DNA from: a virus | Taxonomy: Duplodnaviria; Caudoviricetes | Virus record (IMG/VR): IMGVR_UViG_3300033069_000592 | Location: 400 to 64,399 of that record | Length of the DNA stretch: 64,000 bases | Direction: 5' to 3' (one strand) | Part shown: piece after piece, positions 52,460 through 62,076 of the stretch | Layout of the letters: every line of letters begins with the position of its first letter | Position numbering within the stretch: the first letter of the stretch is position 1 | Program-made: the position numbers and the translations under genes | The notes under the pieces: model-generated | What the model saw: the letters and a program-made list of their open reading frames with translations, nothing else | What the model was told of the DNA's origin: nothing | The model's database searches: none

Positions 52460-53354
52460 CGACTGCTGTCTCCGCTACTGGAATGAATGGGAAGCCCTTA
52501 AAGTAATTCCGCCAATCCGAGGGGTGGAAGTGTGGGCATCGATCCTTGGTGCGATTGCATCCCGGATAGGCGGTGAAGCCCATACCCGCGGTGGGATCAA
52601 AGTCCAAGGGATAGGACAGGTAAAGCCCCGACCCATCCGCTCGCGAGATTGTGCGGACCCGGGTCGTGCCGTCGCCGTTATCAATGTGGACCTTGCCAAG
52701 CGAATACTCCGAGGAGGATGAGGTCCAAGGAATATAGGTTCGAGTGGGAGTACCCGACACGGTACCGATAGCAGCCCACACAGACTGATCGACTGCACAG
52801 ATCGGATCGCCCCAGGTGTTCTTGCAGTTTGCTTCCCACAGGTCACGAGGGCTATCGACGTTAAGAAAGACCAGGTCAGACTTCACGTTCATGGTTGCTG
52901 ACATTCGACCGACTGCGGAGAGCGTCGAGACAAAGCCGCTGAATAGCGGGAAGCCGCCGAGCCAAGGATGACCAGGCGCAGCAGCTATGTATCGATCCCT
53001 CTTGACACGAGCACCATCGAGACGTCCGCGAAGGAGTGCTTGAGGCCATGTCAGTTGTCCTTGGTAGAGGATCTCCGCGGGATAATCAAGCTGGAGCTGC
53101 TGCTCGTCAACCTCAACCCCCACACTATTCTTTACCCGAAGCCCTTTGATAAGGACCACGTTGCCGAGGTAAGTCTCGCGAGTCACGCCGCCGACGGGAA
53201 CCACAGACACGTCGGTCTGATAGTTGGTGTAGCGAAGAGGCATGCCGACCTTCGGGATAACGGTAAAGCAATCCGCATAGGCAAATTGGCCACTCGCGAG
53301 AACAGCCGTAGTATCAGCTTCAACATAGCCGGGCTGGGGAGTGATCGTTCTCAC
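52452..53354 (-). CDS. DUF2163-like baseplate hub / minor tail protein
   Basis: CKNTWGDPICAVD ... YPGCNRTKDRC ... FKGFPFIP; GTG start overlaps upstream TGA. Confidence 0.85.
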   Translation of the reverse strand: MRTITPQPGYVEADTTAVLASGQFAYADCFTVIPKVGMPLRYTNYQTDVSVVPVGGVTRETYLGNVVLIKGLRVKNSVGVEVDEQQLQLDYPAEILYQGQLTWPQALLRGRLDGARVKRDRYIAAAPGHPWLGGFPLFSGFVSTLSAVGRMSATMNVKSDLVFLNVDSPRDLWEANCKNTWGDPICAVDQSVWAAIGTVSGTPTRTYIPWTSSSSEYSLGKVHIDNGDGTTRVRTISRADGSGLYLSYPLDFDPTAGMGFTAYPGCNRTKDRCPHFHPSDWRNYFKGFPFIPVAETAVGG

Positions 53355-54442
53355 TGGATGATGCTCCGGAAGTTGCAGGACTGGAGACTCCACAGCTGAT
53401 CCATGAACTTCTCGTAGTCTTGCTGGTCGTCGATGAAACGGCAGGCGAAGTAGAACTGGAAGTCCGCGTAGATCTTCCCTGTGGAAGGAGCAACGCCGAA
53501 TACCAGCAGATTGGGCATCGTCACCGTGTAAGCAGCGGGGGCTACGGTATAGGCGTAGGTGATAACCACCGCGTCACCGAAGTCGGCTGCATTGAACGTG
53601 TAGACGCCTGCTGCAACGGCGTATTCGCCGGGGGCCGGAGCACCGGTCACTTTCGTCATGCCGACGCCGCCCTTGGTAACGCTCACGTCCTTGTAGAAGG
53701 CCGCGGCGTGAGTCACCGTGATCGTATAGGGGCCGACCGCAGGAATGGTGTCAGCCTGGGCAAGCTGGTGATAGACCGTAATGGTGTTGGTCGGGTCAAC
53801 CTGATTGACCCTTTCGATAAACCCGCCCAGCGTCCGGCAGAACGGGAATTGGGTAGTACCGCCATCCGCATCACCACAGAAGCCATAGCTGACCAGATAG
53901 TCGTCGGGATCCTTCAGCAGGAAAGAGTCATAGGATCCGCGGCGCTGGAGGAAGAAGCCCATGATCGTTTTGAGCGAAGACTCGGCACCGCTTCGATCCT
54001 CAAGGAACTCATAGGAGAACTCGAAATCCCAGCGGGGATATTCCATGAAGGAAGTACGAACTTCGCCGCCGGCTGCCGACTCGACAACGCGCGTTTTGAA
54101 GTAAGGCTTCTTGTGGATTGAGTACGCGAGACCGGGCAGCGCCGTGTTGAACGGATCCGCGGCCGCCGGAATGGACGGCGTGGTCGTGCTGTTGCCGAAG
54201 CCGGGGAAAGGATCAGTGCTCATGGGTAACTCCGGTGGGACGTTGAACAGGGCTTGACAGAACATTTGATCGAGACGGACTGTCGAGTAGCCGTCGATCA
54301 GCGGCTGGGTAAGTTGGAGGTTGGTTCGGATCTTCGAGTAGCCCTCAATGAGGGGCTGGGAAAACGTCAGGTTAAGCCGAACGCTGGAGTACCCCGCAAC
54401 CAGGGGCTGAGAGAAAGAATAGTTGAGGCGGATCTCAGACAT
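53351..54442 (-). CDS. DUF2460-like distal tail protein with N-terminal 17-aa repeats and an inserted beta domain
   Basis: GGEVRTSF.EYPRWDFE, GFFLQRRG...FLLKDPDD, FYFACRF; ATG at 54442. Confidence 0.85.
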   Translation of the reverse strand: MSEIRLNYSFSQPLVAGYSSVRLNLTFSQPLIEGYSKIRTNLQLTQPLIDGYSTVRLDQMFCQALFNVPPELPMSTDPFPGFGNSTTTPSIPAAADPFNTALPGLAYSIHKKPYFKTRVVESAAGGEVRTSFMEYPRWDFEFSYEFLEDRSGAESSLKTIMGFFLQRRGSYDSFLLKDPDDYLVSYGFCGDADGGTTQFPFCRTLGGFIERVNQVDPTNTITVYHQLAQADTIPAVGPYTITVTHAAAFYKDVSVTKGGVGMTKVTGAPAPGEYAVAAGVYTFNAADFGDAVVITYAYTVAPAAYTVTMPNLLVFGVAPSTGKIYADFQFYFACRFIDDQQDYEKFMDQLWSLQSCNFRSIIQ

Positions 54443-55508
54443 CGACCCTCGGACCAATCTGCAGCGTGTTAACTTCGGCACCGGTGAAAGCAACGCCCGT
54501 ATCGGGGTTGAGTTCGTAGATATCCGGATAGAACGTGTAGCTCTGGTTGATCGCGTGGCTGGTGCCATACGAGCTGAACCCGGTGGCGGTCTTCAGGGAG
54601 TTGGAGACAAACCGCTGAGTGGCATCGTCCTGTCGGTAGGAGCCAGTAATCTCGATCCCGCGGACGCCCGGGGTATTCAAGATAGGATTGATGTTGTAGA
54701 GATCCCTATCATTGACCACGGAGTCGTAGACATACTTGGTGTCATCCAAGGCGGTGTTAAGCACGGACTGCCAGTTCGTAGCGGCAGGCGAAGTACCACC
54801 AATTGCCCACTGGATCGTACCGTTGGACACGGGAGCAAGATACTGAACCCGGACGTTGCCGAGATAGTCGTTGTTTACCGTGCCCGCGTCATCGAGGAAG
54901 TAGAAGTCGTCCCACGCCCAGGAGTTCAGTGCTCCGCTGATGGAAGACTTCCAGAATTCCACAAGGTCGCAGCCTCGAGTCGTTACCCCGACGAGGGTAC
55001 CGTAAGCAGTCTGAACCGAGGGGAGTGACAGGATGGGAACGGTATTGATCTTGACTTCAAACGTCCCGCCGGTGATAGCAGAAGTCCATTTGATTTCGAG
55101 ATAGAACCACTTGCCCGGCGTGTAGGAACCAACATCGGTCCGAGCGGTCAAGACGTTGTTGCCCGTGTAGAGGTCGATGTTCCCCGTCTCAAGGAAGTGC
55201 AGACGCCATTGACGGTTGGGTCCGGTGGTCAGTGAGTCGACCACAGACAACGAGTAACCAGGACCATTCGAGGGGACATACATACGCATACCCATAACGC
55301 AGGTGCCGGTGTATCGACCGCGGAGGGACCGTTGGATAACGTCATTGTTATTATTGCTGGACATGCCCATCGAGTAGCCGTAGCCGAAGGCATTATTCGT
55401 GGACCGGACAATGCTACCCGTGCTACCCGTCCACCCCTGAGCTGCCACAATGGAGGACAGCCCGGAGGAGGGGTAGTAGTCGAAGCCGTCAATTACTCGC
55501 AGTGTCAT
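54435..55508 (-). CDS. Lectin/ConA-like tail-tip protein
   Basis: VIDGFDYY, WFYLEIK, WDDFY, NPDTGVAFT..EVN. Confidence 0.7.
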   Translation of the reverse strand: MTLRVIDGFDYYPSSGLSSIVAAQGWTGSTGSIVRSTNNAFGYGYSMGMSSNNNNDVIQRSLRGRYTGTCVMGMRMYVPSNGPGYSLSVVDSLTTGPNRQWRLHFLETGNIDLYTGNNVLTARTDVGSYTPGKWFYLEIKWTSAITGGTFEVKINTVPILSLPSVQTAYGTLVGVTTRGCDLVEFWKSSISGALNSWAWDDFYFLDDAGTVNNDYLGNVRVQYLAPVSNGTIQWAIGGTSPAATNWQSVLNTALDDTKYVYDSVVNDRDLYNINPILNTPGVRGIEITGSYRQDDATQRFVSNSLKTATGFSSYGTSHAINQSYTFYPDIYELNPDTGVAFTGAEVNTLQIGPRVDV

Positions 55509-58500
55509 CGTTTGCCACCCATCTTAAGGTTACCATTCCGATGCTCATTCTTGATCCACTTCCGAAGCGACTGACCGTCACGACGAAGAAGAGCTTCAAG
55601 ATCGGTGTCCTGGTTGTTATGCGTCGGCTGGTAGTTGAAGTTGACATTCCCGCCGGAGTTGTTATTCACCTCGCTTCGAGCTGAAGCACCCGCCATAGAC
55701 GCGGCGCCGAACATACCTCCGGAGGATCCTGCCTTCAGCTGCTGACGCATGGGCTCAGCGATCCAGGCCGGAAGAATCATTTCCTTCTTATGGACCATCG
55801 CCAGCTGATCGCCCGGCACCTCATCCATACCGCCCTTAGCGGAGATAAGCGCGCCAAACCCAAGCACCGCAGCCAACGCGAGGGCGGCAGCGGCAGGCGC
55901 AGCAATGGGACCGATAAACGGGATAACCACAGTCGACTTGTATGCGCCCGCAGCGGCGACTGCCGCGCTCGTGCCGATTTCCGTAGTACCCGCGGCAGCA
56001 GCAACGCCCGTCTGGGTGGCAGCACCCGTGACAGCAGCACCTGTCTTGATGCCTTCCGCAGCAACGGCAGCCGCGGTAGTCGCGGTGGTCACCGTCTGCT
56101 TGGTTGCTTCAGCTGTGGCGACAACGCCCGTTCGAGCAGCCTCACCGCCAGCGACAACGGCAGTCTTGGCCGCCTGATGCGCCTGCTCCTGAACCAGCTC
56201 CCCGGCATCCATCGCCTTCTTGGCGGTTTTCATCCCCAGCCAGACCATCATCTGTTGGCCGGCAGCCTGGATGGCCATATCGACAACCTTGTAGACCATC
56301 TGATCCGCAAGGTTAATCAACCCCTCCTGCAACGACTGCGAGTGAGTCCACAGTCCCTGGAACGTCGAGGACATTCCGGAGGTGAAGGTATTGGTGATCG
56401 ACGCCCACTGCTGAAGAGTCTGCTGCGCCGCTTGGCGATTGACGTCCGCCACGCGCTGAGCATAACCCGTCTGCATCTGAGTCATCTGTGCAAGATGGTC
56501 AGCTTCAGCGGCCCGGATTTCCGCATTAATCTCAGCCTTGCGATCTGCGCTTTGGCCGGGGAGCGAGAGTTCCTGATTGAGATAAGAGAGCTTCATCTGC
56601 CACATAGCCTGCTCGTGAGCCTGCTGCATGGCGTATTCTTCTTGAAGGATCTGGGCCTTCATCGACAAAGCTTGACGGTCATTGATGAGACCGTTCTGTT
56701 GCATGAAGTCGACATTGGCCGACTTATTGCCCATCTGAGAAGACTCGGCGTCCTGGACTGCGCGAGCCCGAGTCTGGGCAATCTGCTCTTCCTGATGAAG
56801 CCTCTGAACCTCGCGGCTGAGGATCATCTTGTTGTAGCGGTCAACCGTCTCGAGCTCGTGACGCTTGGCGTCTTCAGCTTCCTTCGACTGTTTGCCGTAA
56901 GCCGCTTCGATGATCGCCACCCGAGAAGCCTCGAAGGATCGAACCTTCTCAAGCTTCTGGTCCATGGACAGGGAGTCGTCCTGGCTGAGCGCGGTCTCCT
57001 GAAGGTCAATGGCAGCAACCGCTTCCTTAGCGGCCTTCTGAGCAGCTGTCTCGAGATCCTTCATTCCCTGAGCTTCGGCCTTCAGGGTATCAATCGGGAA
57101 CACGCCCTTACGAGGATCAACGGGCTTACCGTTGATGCGGACTTCGTAATGAAGGTGTGGCTTAACGCCGCCGGTGTCGCCCGACTTGGCGAAGACCTGA
57201 CCCTGCTCAATCCGCTGCCCCTTCTCAAGCCCGGAGGTATCGGATAGATGAAGGTAGCGAGTCGTGACGCCGGCGCCATGGTTCAGGATAACGTACTTGC
57301 CCATCGTGGGACTATAACCCACGGACTCCACTGTGCCGACCTGGGGTGCCCGAACCGCGGTGCCGACCGGTACCCCGATGTCGATCCCCATGTGATTGGT
57401 GGAGCCTCGAGTACCATCCGCCTTGACTGGAGCACTGCGAGCACCGAAGCCCGAAGTAATCCGGCCATTAACCGGCATCAGGTACTGAGCATTCTCCTGC
57501 TTCATTGCGTTGGTATTATCGCGGTGAGCATCCGCCTCAGCTTTGATCCGAGCTTCATGCCGCTCACGCGCAGCGGTCAGGTCTTTCTGGAGCTGTAGGC
57601 TCGCCTCCTCAATCGGTAATCCCTTCTGAGAAAGGATGGCCGCCTGGAGACGATAGTTCTCAATGATGTTCTGCTGTTCTTGCTCGTACTTCTGATCTTC
57701 TGCAGTCTTGGAAGCAGTCGATTTAGCAATCTCGATATTGCTTTCTGCCACGGCGGTGTTAGCCACCACGACTGCCTGACGGGCCCGAGCAACCTGAGCC
57801 TCGGCGCCGCGGACCTGTGCTTGAGCACCGGACAGCTGAGACCAGTAAGCCTCGCCGGAACCCCCGCGAGACTCAAGATCCTGAAGCGCCTTTTTCTTCT
57901 GAGCAAGGTCGGCATTCGCATCCGCCAGGGCCTTCGTGGCCTTAGTCTGCGCGTCCAGCAAGGCAACATGGGTTAGTCGTTGGTTCTCCGAGTCTACGTT
58001 ATTCTTTTCTCGAGCTGCCTTGATGTAATCCCACAGGGCGGCGGTGAGTTCCCTGACGGTGGCGGTACGACGGAACTCCGCATCCCGAACATCATTGGTC
58101 TTCTTCTCACCTTTGTCGTTGGCCGTCCACAGGAAGCCGAGGACGGTGATAGCACCGAGGATCGCCGCACCCCAGTGACCCGCGAAGAACGCAGCAACTC
58201 GACCGGCGGTACCGCCAAGCCCCGACAACGCCGAGGCGGTCTGACCGCCCTGCTGAGCGAGGATGACCAGCGGATTGATGCCTGATGCCCAAGACGCGAC
58301 CACGTCCTGCATCTGATAACCTATCTGGACGCTCATCGCATTCATCCGGCCCATCGACCGGACGTTGATGTCCATCTGGGTTTTGGCTTGCTTCTGGATG
58401 GCGATCCACTCACCCTCCTGAAGCTTGTTAGCCATCAACAGAGACGTTGCCTTCTGCATGGTATCATTGTACCGCTGCTGGGCAGCAAACGTCGGATTGA

Positions 58501-59491
58501 TCGACGCACGGATCTCAGCTACTGCGTCTGCTTCACGCTTCGCCGCACGAGCGGCCTCCTCTGACGCACGAGCAGTCTCGCGAGTAGCTGCAGTAGCCTG
58601 ACGCTCCGCGTTGACTCGATCCTTAGCCGCCGCCGTGGCGACAGCTGAAGCTTCCCGCGCAGCCTGGATCTCCTCGCGTCGAACTGCCTTTTCCACCGCA
58701 GCTTGAGCCTCGATGATCGCGGTCTCCGCAGTTTTACGCTGCTGGGCAGCAGCAACGGCGGAAGCGGCAGCTTCTTCGACGAGGGCCTTTGCGGTAGCGT
58801 AGGTCTGGCGATAGCTCGCGACAATTTCCTGGTCGGCCTGGTGTTCAGCGGTGAAGCGTTCACGCGCTGCTTGCTTAGCGGCTGCTGCCGCATCGCGGAT
58901 CATCGAGGTCTCAGCGGTCTTCGTTACCGTGGTCCCGCCCTGACGCATCGCTGCAGCCTGAGCGGCAGCCGCTTGCTTTGCTACTGTTACCGCCTCGAGG
59001 ATATAGGCCTTCTCGGCAGTCTTGCGTTGCTCAAGCTCTTGACGAAGGGCAGCGGTGTTGCGCTTCTCCTGTGCAAGCCAAGCCGCAGCGATCTGTCGTT
59101 GCTGTGCAGCCGAAGCCTCTCGGGCCTTAACCTCCGCAAGGATGGCCTGCTTCTTTTCGAGGTCTGCCTGCTTGGCAACCGAGCTATTCTTCTGGATCGA
59201 AGCAATCTGGCTATCGTAAGCCTTCTTGACAAGCTCGATGCCCTTGGCATATGTTGCCTGGTCTACCGTCCCCTTCTTGAGGAGCTGGTCATACTCGGCC
59301 AGGGCTTGATTGTATTTTTCCGTTGCCGCGAAGGTGGGATCGATGGCCGACTTCAACCTACGAAAGGCAGCATCGAGTTGCTTCGACTCATTGACCACAG
59401 AGCCGACGGCGGATACCGTCTTCCGTGCTCCCGCCTCGGCCTGAGACGGGTTAATGCCTATGTTAATCTCGAGGTTGTTTTCGTCGGCCAT
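55505..59491 (-). CDS. Tape measure protein with embedded M23 peptidase domain
   Basis: 1328 aa Ala/Gln-rich helical protein; QMQDVVAS...QQGGQ motif; HMGID and HLH M23 zinc ligands. Confidence 0.95.
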   Translation of the reverse strand: MADENNLEINIGINPSQAEAGARKTVSAVGSVVNESKQLDAAFRRLKSAIDPTFAATEKYNQALAEYDQLLKKGTVDQATYAKGIELVKKAYDSQIASIQKNSSVAKQADLEKKQAILAEVKAREASAAQQRQIAAAWLAQEKRNTAALRQELEQRKTAEKAYILEAVTVAKQAAAAQAAAMRQGGTTVTKTAETSMIRDAAAAAKQAARERFTAEHQADQEIVASYRQTYATAKALVEEAAASAVAAAQQRKTAETAIIEAQAAVEKAVRREEIQAAREASAVATAAAKDRVNAERQATAATRETARASEEAARAAKREADAVAEIRASINPTFAAQQRYNDTMQKATSLLMANKLQEGEWIAIQKQAKTQMDINVRSMGRMNAMSVQIGYQMQDVVASWASGINPLVILAQQGGQTASALSGLGGTAGRVAAFFAGHWGAAILGAITVLGFLWTANDKGEKKTNDVRDAEFRRTATVRELTAALWDYIKAAREKNNVDSENQRLTHVALLDAQTKATKALADANADLAQKKKALQDLESRGGSGEAYWSQLSGAQAQVRGAEAQVARARQAVVVANTAVAESNIEIAKSTASKTAEDQKYEQEQQNIIENYRLQAAILSQKGLPIEEASLQLQKDLTAARERHEARIKAEADAHRDNTNAMKQENAQYLMPVNGRITSGFGARSAPVKADGTRGSTNHMGIDIGVPVGTAVRAPQVGTVESVGYSPTMGKYVILNHGAGVTTRYLHLSDTSGLEKGQRIEQGQVFAKSGDTGGVKPHLHYEVRINGKPVDPRKGVFPIDTLKAEAQGMKDLETAAQKAAKEAVAAIDLQETALSQDDSLSMDQKLEKVRSFEASRVAIIEAAYGKQSKEAEDAKRHELETVDRYNKMILSREVQRLHQEEQIAQTRARAVQDAESSQMGNKSANVDFMQQNGLINDRQALSMKAQILQEEYAMQQAHEQAMWQMKLSYLNQELSLPGQSADRKAEINAEIRAAEADHLAQMTQMQTGYAQRVADVNRQAAQQTLQQWASITNTFTSGMSSTFQGLWTHSQSLQEGLINLADQMVYKVVDMAIQAAGQQMMVWLGMKTAKKAMDAGELVQEQAHQAAKTAVVAGGEAARTGVVATAEATKQTVTTATTAAAVAAEGIKTGAAVTGAATQTGVAAAAGTTEIGTSAAVAAAGAYKSTVVIPFIGPIAAPAAAALALAAVLGFGALISAKGGMDEVPGDQLAMVHKKEMILPAWIAEPMRQQLKAGSSGGMFGAASMAGASARSEVNNNSGGNVNFNYQPTHNNQDTDLEALLRRDGQSLRKWIKNEHRNGNLKMGGKR

Positions 59492-59793
59492 CAGTTTATC
59501 ATCCCACCTGGACCAGCTAGCTTCAAGAGTTCGTTCAAGTCACCGGTACCCTTGGACTTGGACTTCCTCGGTTTAATCAATCCAAGGTAGCTGGCGACGG
59601 AGACGTAGACAGGCGGACCATTCTCGGACCACCAAGCAACCATGGCTCGGTACTTCCTCATGGACCACTTCTTCCTTACTCCGTCCCAGCTTCCTCCTTC
59701 GCATCCGGCTGCGACGAGCTCAGCGATGTATCTTGTGCAGTCGCCGTGGAAGGGCTCATCATCTGCGTCCCCAGCGCTGCCAGTGCTTCCCCC
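59491..59793 (-). CDS. Tail assembly chaperone C-terminal extension (gpGT-like, reached by -1 frameshift)
   Basis: -1 frame open from G-GGG-GAA (59793-59787) to TGA 59491: GSTGSAGDADDEPFHGDCTRYIAELVAAGCEGGSWDGVRKKW...; stop overlaps the TMP start. Confidence 0.75.
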   Translation of the reverse strand, partial: GGSTGSAGDADDEPFHGDCTRYIAELVAAGCEGGSWDGVRKKWSMRKYRAMVAWWSENGPPVYVSVASYLGLIKPRKSKSKGTGDLNELLKLAGPGGMIN

Positions 59794-60167
59794 GACGCGG
59801 GATCTCTCATTTCGAAGCCGGCCTCGTCGAGAATATCGAACAAGCAGACCTTGACAGCGCCAATTTCCTTTGCCTTCAGTCGACGCTTGAGCGTGGTCGC
59901 CAGGTCAACGAAGATGTCGTTTTCGCTGCGCGGACGGGGCAATCCGGTTTCGGCATCCTGCTCGAAAGCCTCGATACCAAAAGAGGCCGGATCGAAGTCC
60001 GGTCCTTCCATCATCGTCGCGGCAATCACGCTAAGGGCAGCGGAAGCCCCGTGCATTGGGTGAACGGTCTCCATCGCGAGTTCCACAAAGGGCCAAGCCC
60101 GTTCGACTGCAATGAAGTTCATTTCCGGTAGGGAATACTCATTCCCACCTATCGTAATCTTGGCCAT
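59676..60167 (-). CDS. Tail assembly chaperone (gpG-like)
   Basis: Between major tail and TMP; GGAGGG SD before MAKITIGG. Confidence 0.8.
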   Translation of the reverse strand: MAKITIGGNEYSLPEMNFIAVERAWPFVELAMETVHPMHGASAALSVIAATMMEGPDFDPASFGIEAFEQDAETGLPRPRSENDIFVDLATTLKRRLKAKEIGAVKVCLFDILDEAGFEMRDPASGEALAALGTQMMSPSTATAQDTSLSSSQPDAKEEAGTE

Positions 60168-60258
60168 TGGTTGTCCCTCCATTTGGCATTTGAAAGACTC
60201 CTGTGGGCGACACGTTTGGGAGAGGACCATTCATGCCGCCCACAGGTACCGTCAGGGC

Positions 60259-61011
60259 TTAAGCGCCGCCGCCGGTGATCGAGGTCGTGGTGATGCGACC
60301 AACGCGGTTCTGCGAGTCCGCCATCGCCTGGCCCGAAAGTTCGGCAACCAGATAGTCATCCTGCTTGAGGGGCAGCGACAGCTTGTCCGCCACGTTGCTG
60401 TAGAGCAGCATGGTGAACGTCTTGCTGTCGTAGACCTGAGACAGGACCAGCTGGAACTTCGGGGTCGAGCCCATGAGCTGGTTGTTGATCGCCAGCGAGC
60501 CACCGGTCGAAGCCGACTCGTAGAGGTAGTTGAACAGCATCGCGGTGGATGCCTGGGCGACGTTGAAGGTGTAGACGCCGGCCGAGACCGAGTATTCACC
60601 CGCTGCGGGAGCGCCCGAGACCTGCTTGAGGCCCACACCGGTTGCCGCATTGTAGACCCCCAGATCCATGTAGAAGTCGGCAGCGTTGGCGACAGTCACC
60701 GTGTAGGTGGACATCGCGGGAACGGTGCCGGTCTCATTGATGACCTGCTTCAGCTCGTCATTGGAAGCGACGGTCTGGCCGAAGAAGATCGTATTGAAGG
60801 CCGTCACGTCGATGTTGCCAGTCGACGCCTTCCATTCGATCTTGGTCTTGCCGCGGGCCGTGTCCAGTGCGAACTGGTACTGACCGAACAGCTGCTTGAT
60901 GTCGCCCGAGAAATCGACCGACACGTCCTGCAGAGCACCGAAGCGAAGCGGGGCACCGCCGCCAACGGGCGTTGCAAAGAGCTGCCCGGTGCCGAACATA
61001 TACTGACTCAT
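60259..61011 (-). CDS. Major tail (tube) protein
   Basis: FGTGQLF...FGALQDVSVDFS..IKQLFGQYQF; strongly biased codon usage; precedes the chaperone. Confidence 0.85.
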   Translation of the reverse strand: MSQYMFGTGQLFATPVGGGAPLRFGALQDVSVDFSGDIKQLFGQYQFALDTARGKTKIEWKASTGNIDVTAFNTIFFGQTVASNDELKQVINETGTVPAMSTYTVTVANAADFYMDLGVYNAATGVGLKQVSGAPAAGEYSVSAGVYTFNVAQASTAMLFNYLYESASTGGSLAINNQLMGSTPKFQLVLSQVYDSKTFTMLLYSNVADKLSLPLKQDDYLVAELSGQAMADSQNRVGRITTTSITGGGA

Positions 61012-61091
61012 TGTTCAAGCTCCTTACCTTACCCGACGGGACTATCCCGCTTTCACAGCCATAAAGGTTGGGTGTCGTGAAACCTTGTATA

Positions 61092-61568
61092 TTATGGGAC
61101 CAAAAGTTTAATGGGAACGACCAGCATGCCTTGGCCATCGATGTCGCCCGGATCTTTGAAGATACGGCCGCTGATGAAACAGTGGTATACCAACCCTCCC
61201 AAAGTGTTGCGGCGATCATGAAAGCCCGGATCTGCCGGCTTTGGTCGAATTGCTTGACGGATGCCACGGATGATGGCATTGTTCTCACGCGCTGGCACCG
61301 CTTTGTCGTCACGGCCCACAGACTGGTAGATAATCCAGTTCGCTTCGAGGATCGTTTTGTAGGGCAAGTTCGTCACCTGCCCCTCGGTCGTGCCATGCTC
61401 AGCCTGGAAGCATGCTGGCTGCTCCTCGGCGCTCACGTCCGAGAACAACTTCACGCGGCGGCTCATGGTGACAAACCGGCGCGTATCGGGAGCGGTATCA
61501 CCCGGGCTGGTCCACCGCACTTCGCCCACAATGGCGAACAGCGCGGCGAGGATCGTTTCTTCATCCAT
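61092..61568 (-). CDS. Tail terminator / completion protein
   Basis: Position before major tail gene; SRRVKLFSDV...QPA, TLGGLVYHC. Confidence 0.7.
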   Translation of the reverse strand: MDEETILAALFAIVGEVRWTSPGDTAPDTRRFVTMSRRVKLFSDVSAEEQPACFQAEHGTTEGQVTNLPYKTILEANWIIYQSVGRDDKAVPARENNAIIRGIRQAIRPKPADPGFHDRRNTLGGLVYHCFISGRIFKDPGDIDGQGMLVVPIKLLVP

Positions 61569-61572
61569 TGAC

Positions 61573-62076
61573 TTAGCCCTTCAGTCGAGTCTTCAGTTTG
61601 CGGACAAGGTAGTAATAGAGGCCATTGGTAATCTTGGGGCTGATTTCCCGGTAAGCATCCCGCATGAAGTTCTTGGGGGCGATGGTGCCGCCGGGGTGGA
61701 ATACCTTGGTGGCAAACACCTTGTCGCCCGTTGCTGCCATGAAGGCTAGCACCTTACCATTCTTCGGGAAGATCATATGGGCAGGAGTAACGCCACCCTT
61801 TTCTTGGATGCGAGCATAAGGAACGCCGGCAATGTAGACGCTGCCATTGATCTTCAAGCCTTCTTCGAGGATCTCCACCTCAACGGAGTCCTCGAGCCTT
61901 CCCGATACGCGGTTCAGGCGGTCGGCAATGTTGTTCTCGACCAGGTCACGAAGCCGATAGACCCACTCCTCGAACTTGTCCCGCAGGATCATCCTTATGT
62001 CATCGGGGATAGCCTCGATGTCTTGAAGGAGCTTCCTGTGGCCAAAGAGCTCAACGGAGAGGAAGTCGTCGCTCAT
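61573..62076 (-). CDS. Neck/tail-completion protein (HK97 gp10-like)
   Basis: ATGA overlap at 62076; YARIQEKGG, VFHPG, NFMRDA. Confidence 0.7.
   Translation of the reverse strand: MSDDFLSVELFGHRKLLQDIEAIPDDIRMILRDKFEEWVYRLRDLVENNIADRLNRVSGRLEDSVEVEILEEGLKINGSVYIAGVPYARIQEKGGVTPAHMIFPKNGKVLAFMAATGDKVFATKVFHPGGTIAPKNFMRDAYREISPKITNGLYYYLVRKLKTRLKG

Noticed and set aside
55790-57247. 485-aa plus-strand ORF, and a similar 295-aa ORF at 58703-59590
   Set aside because: Antisense to the tape measure gene.
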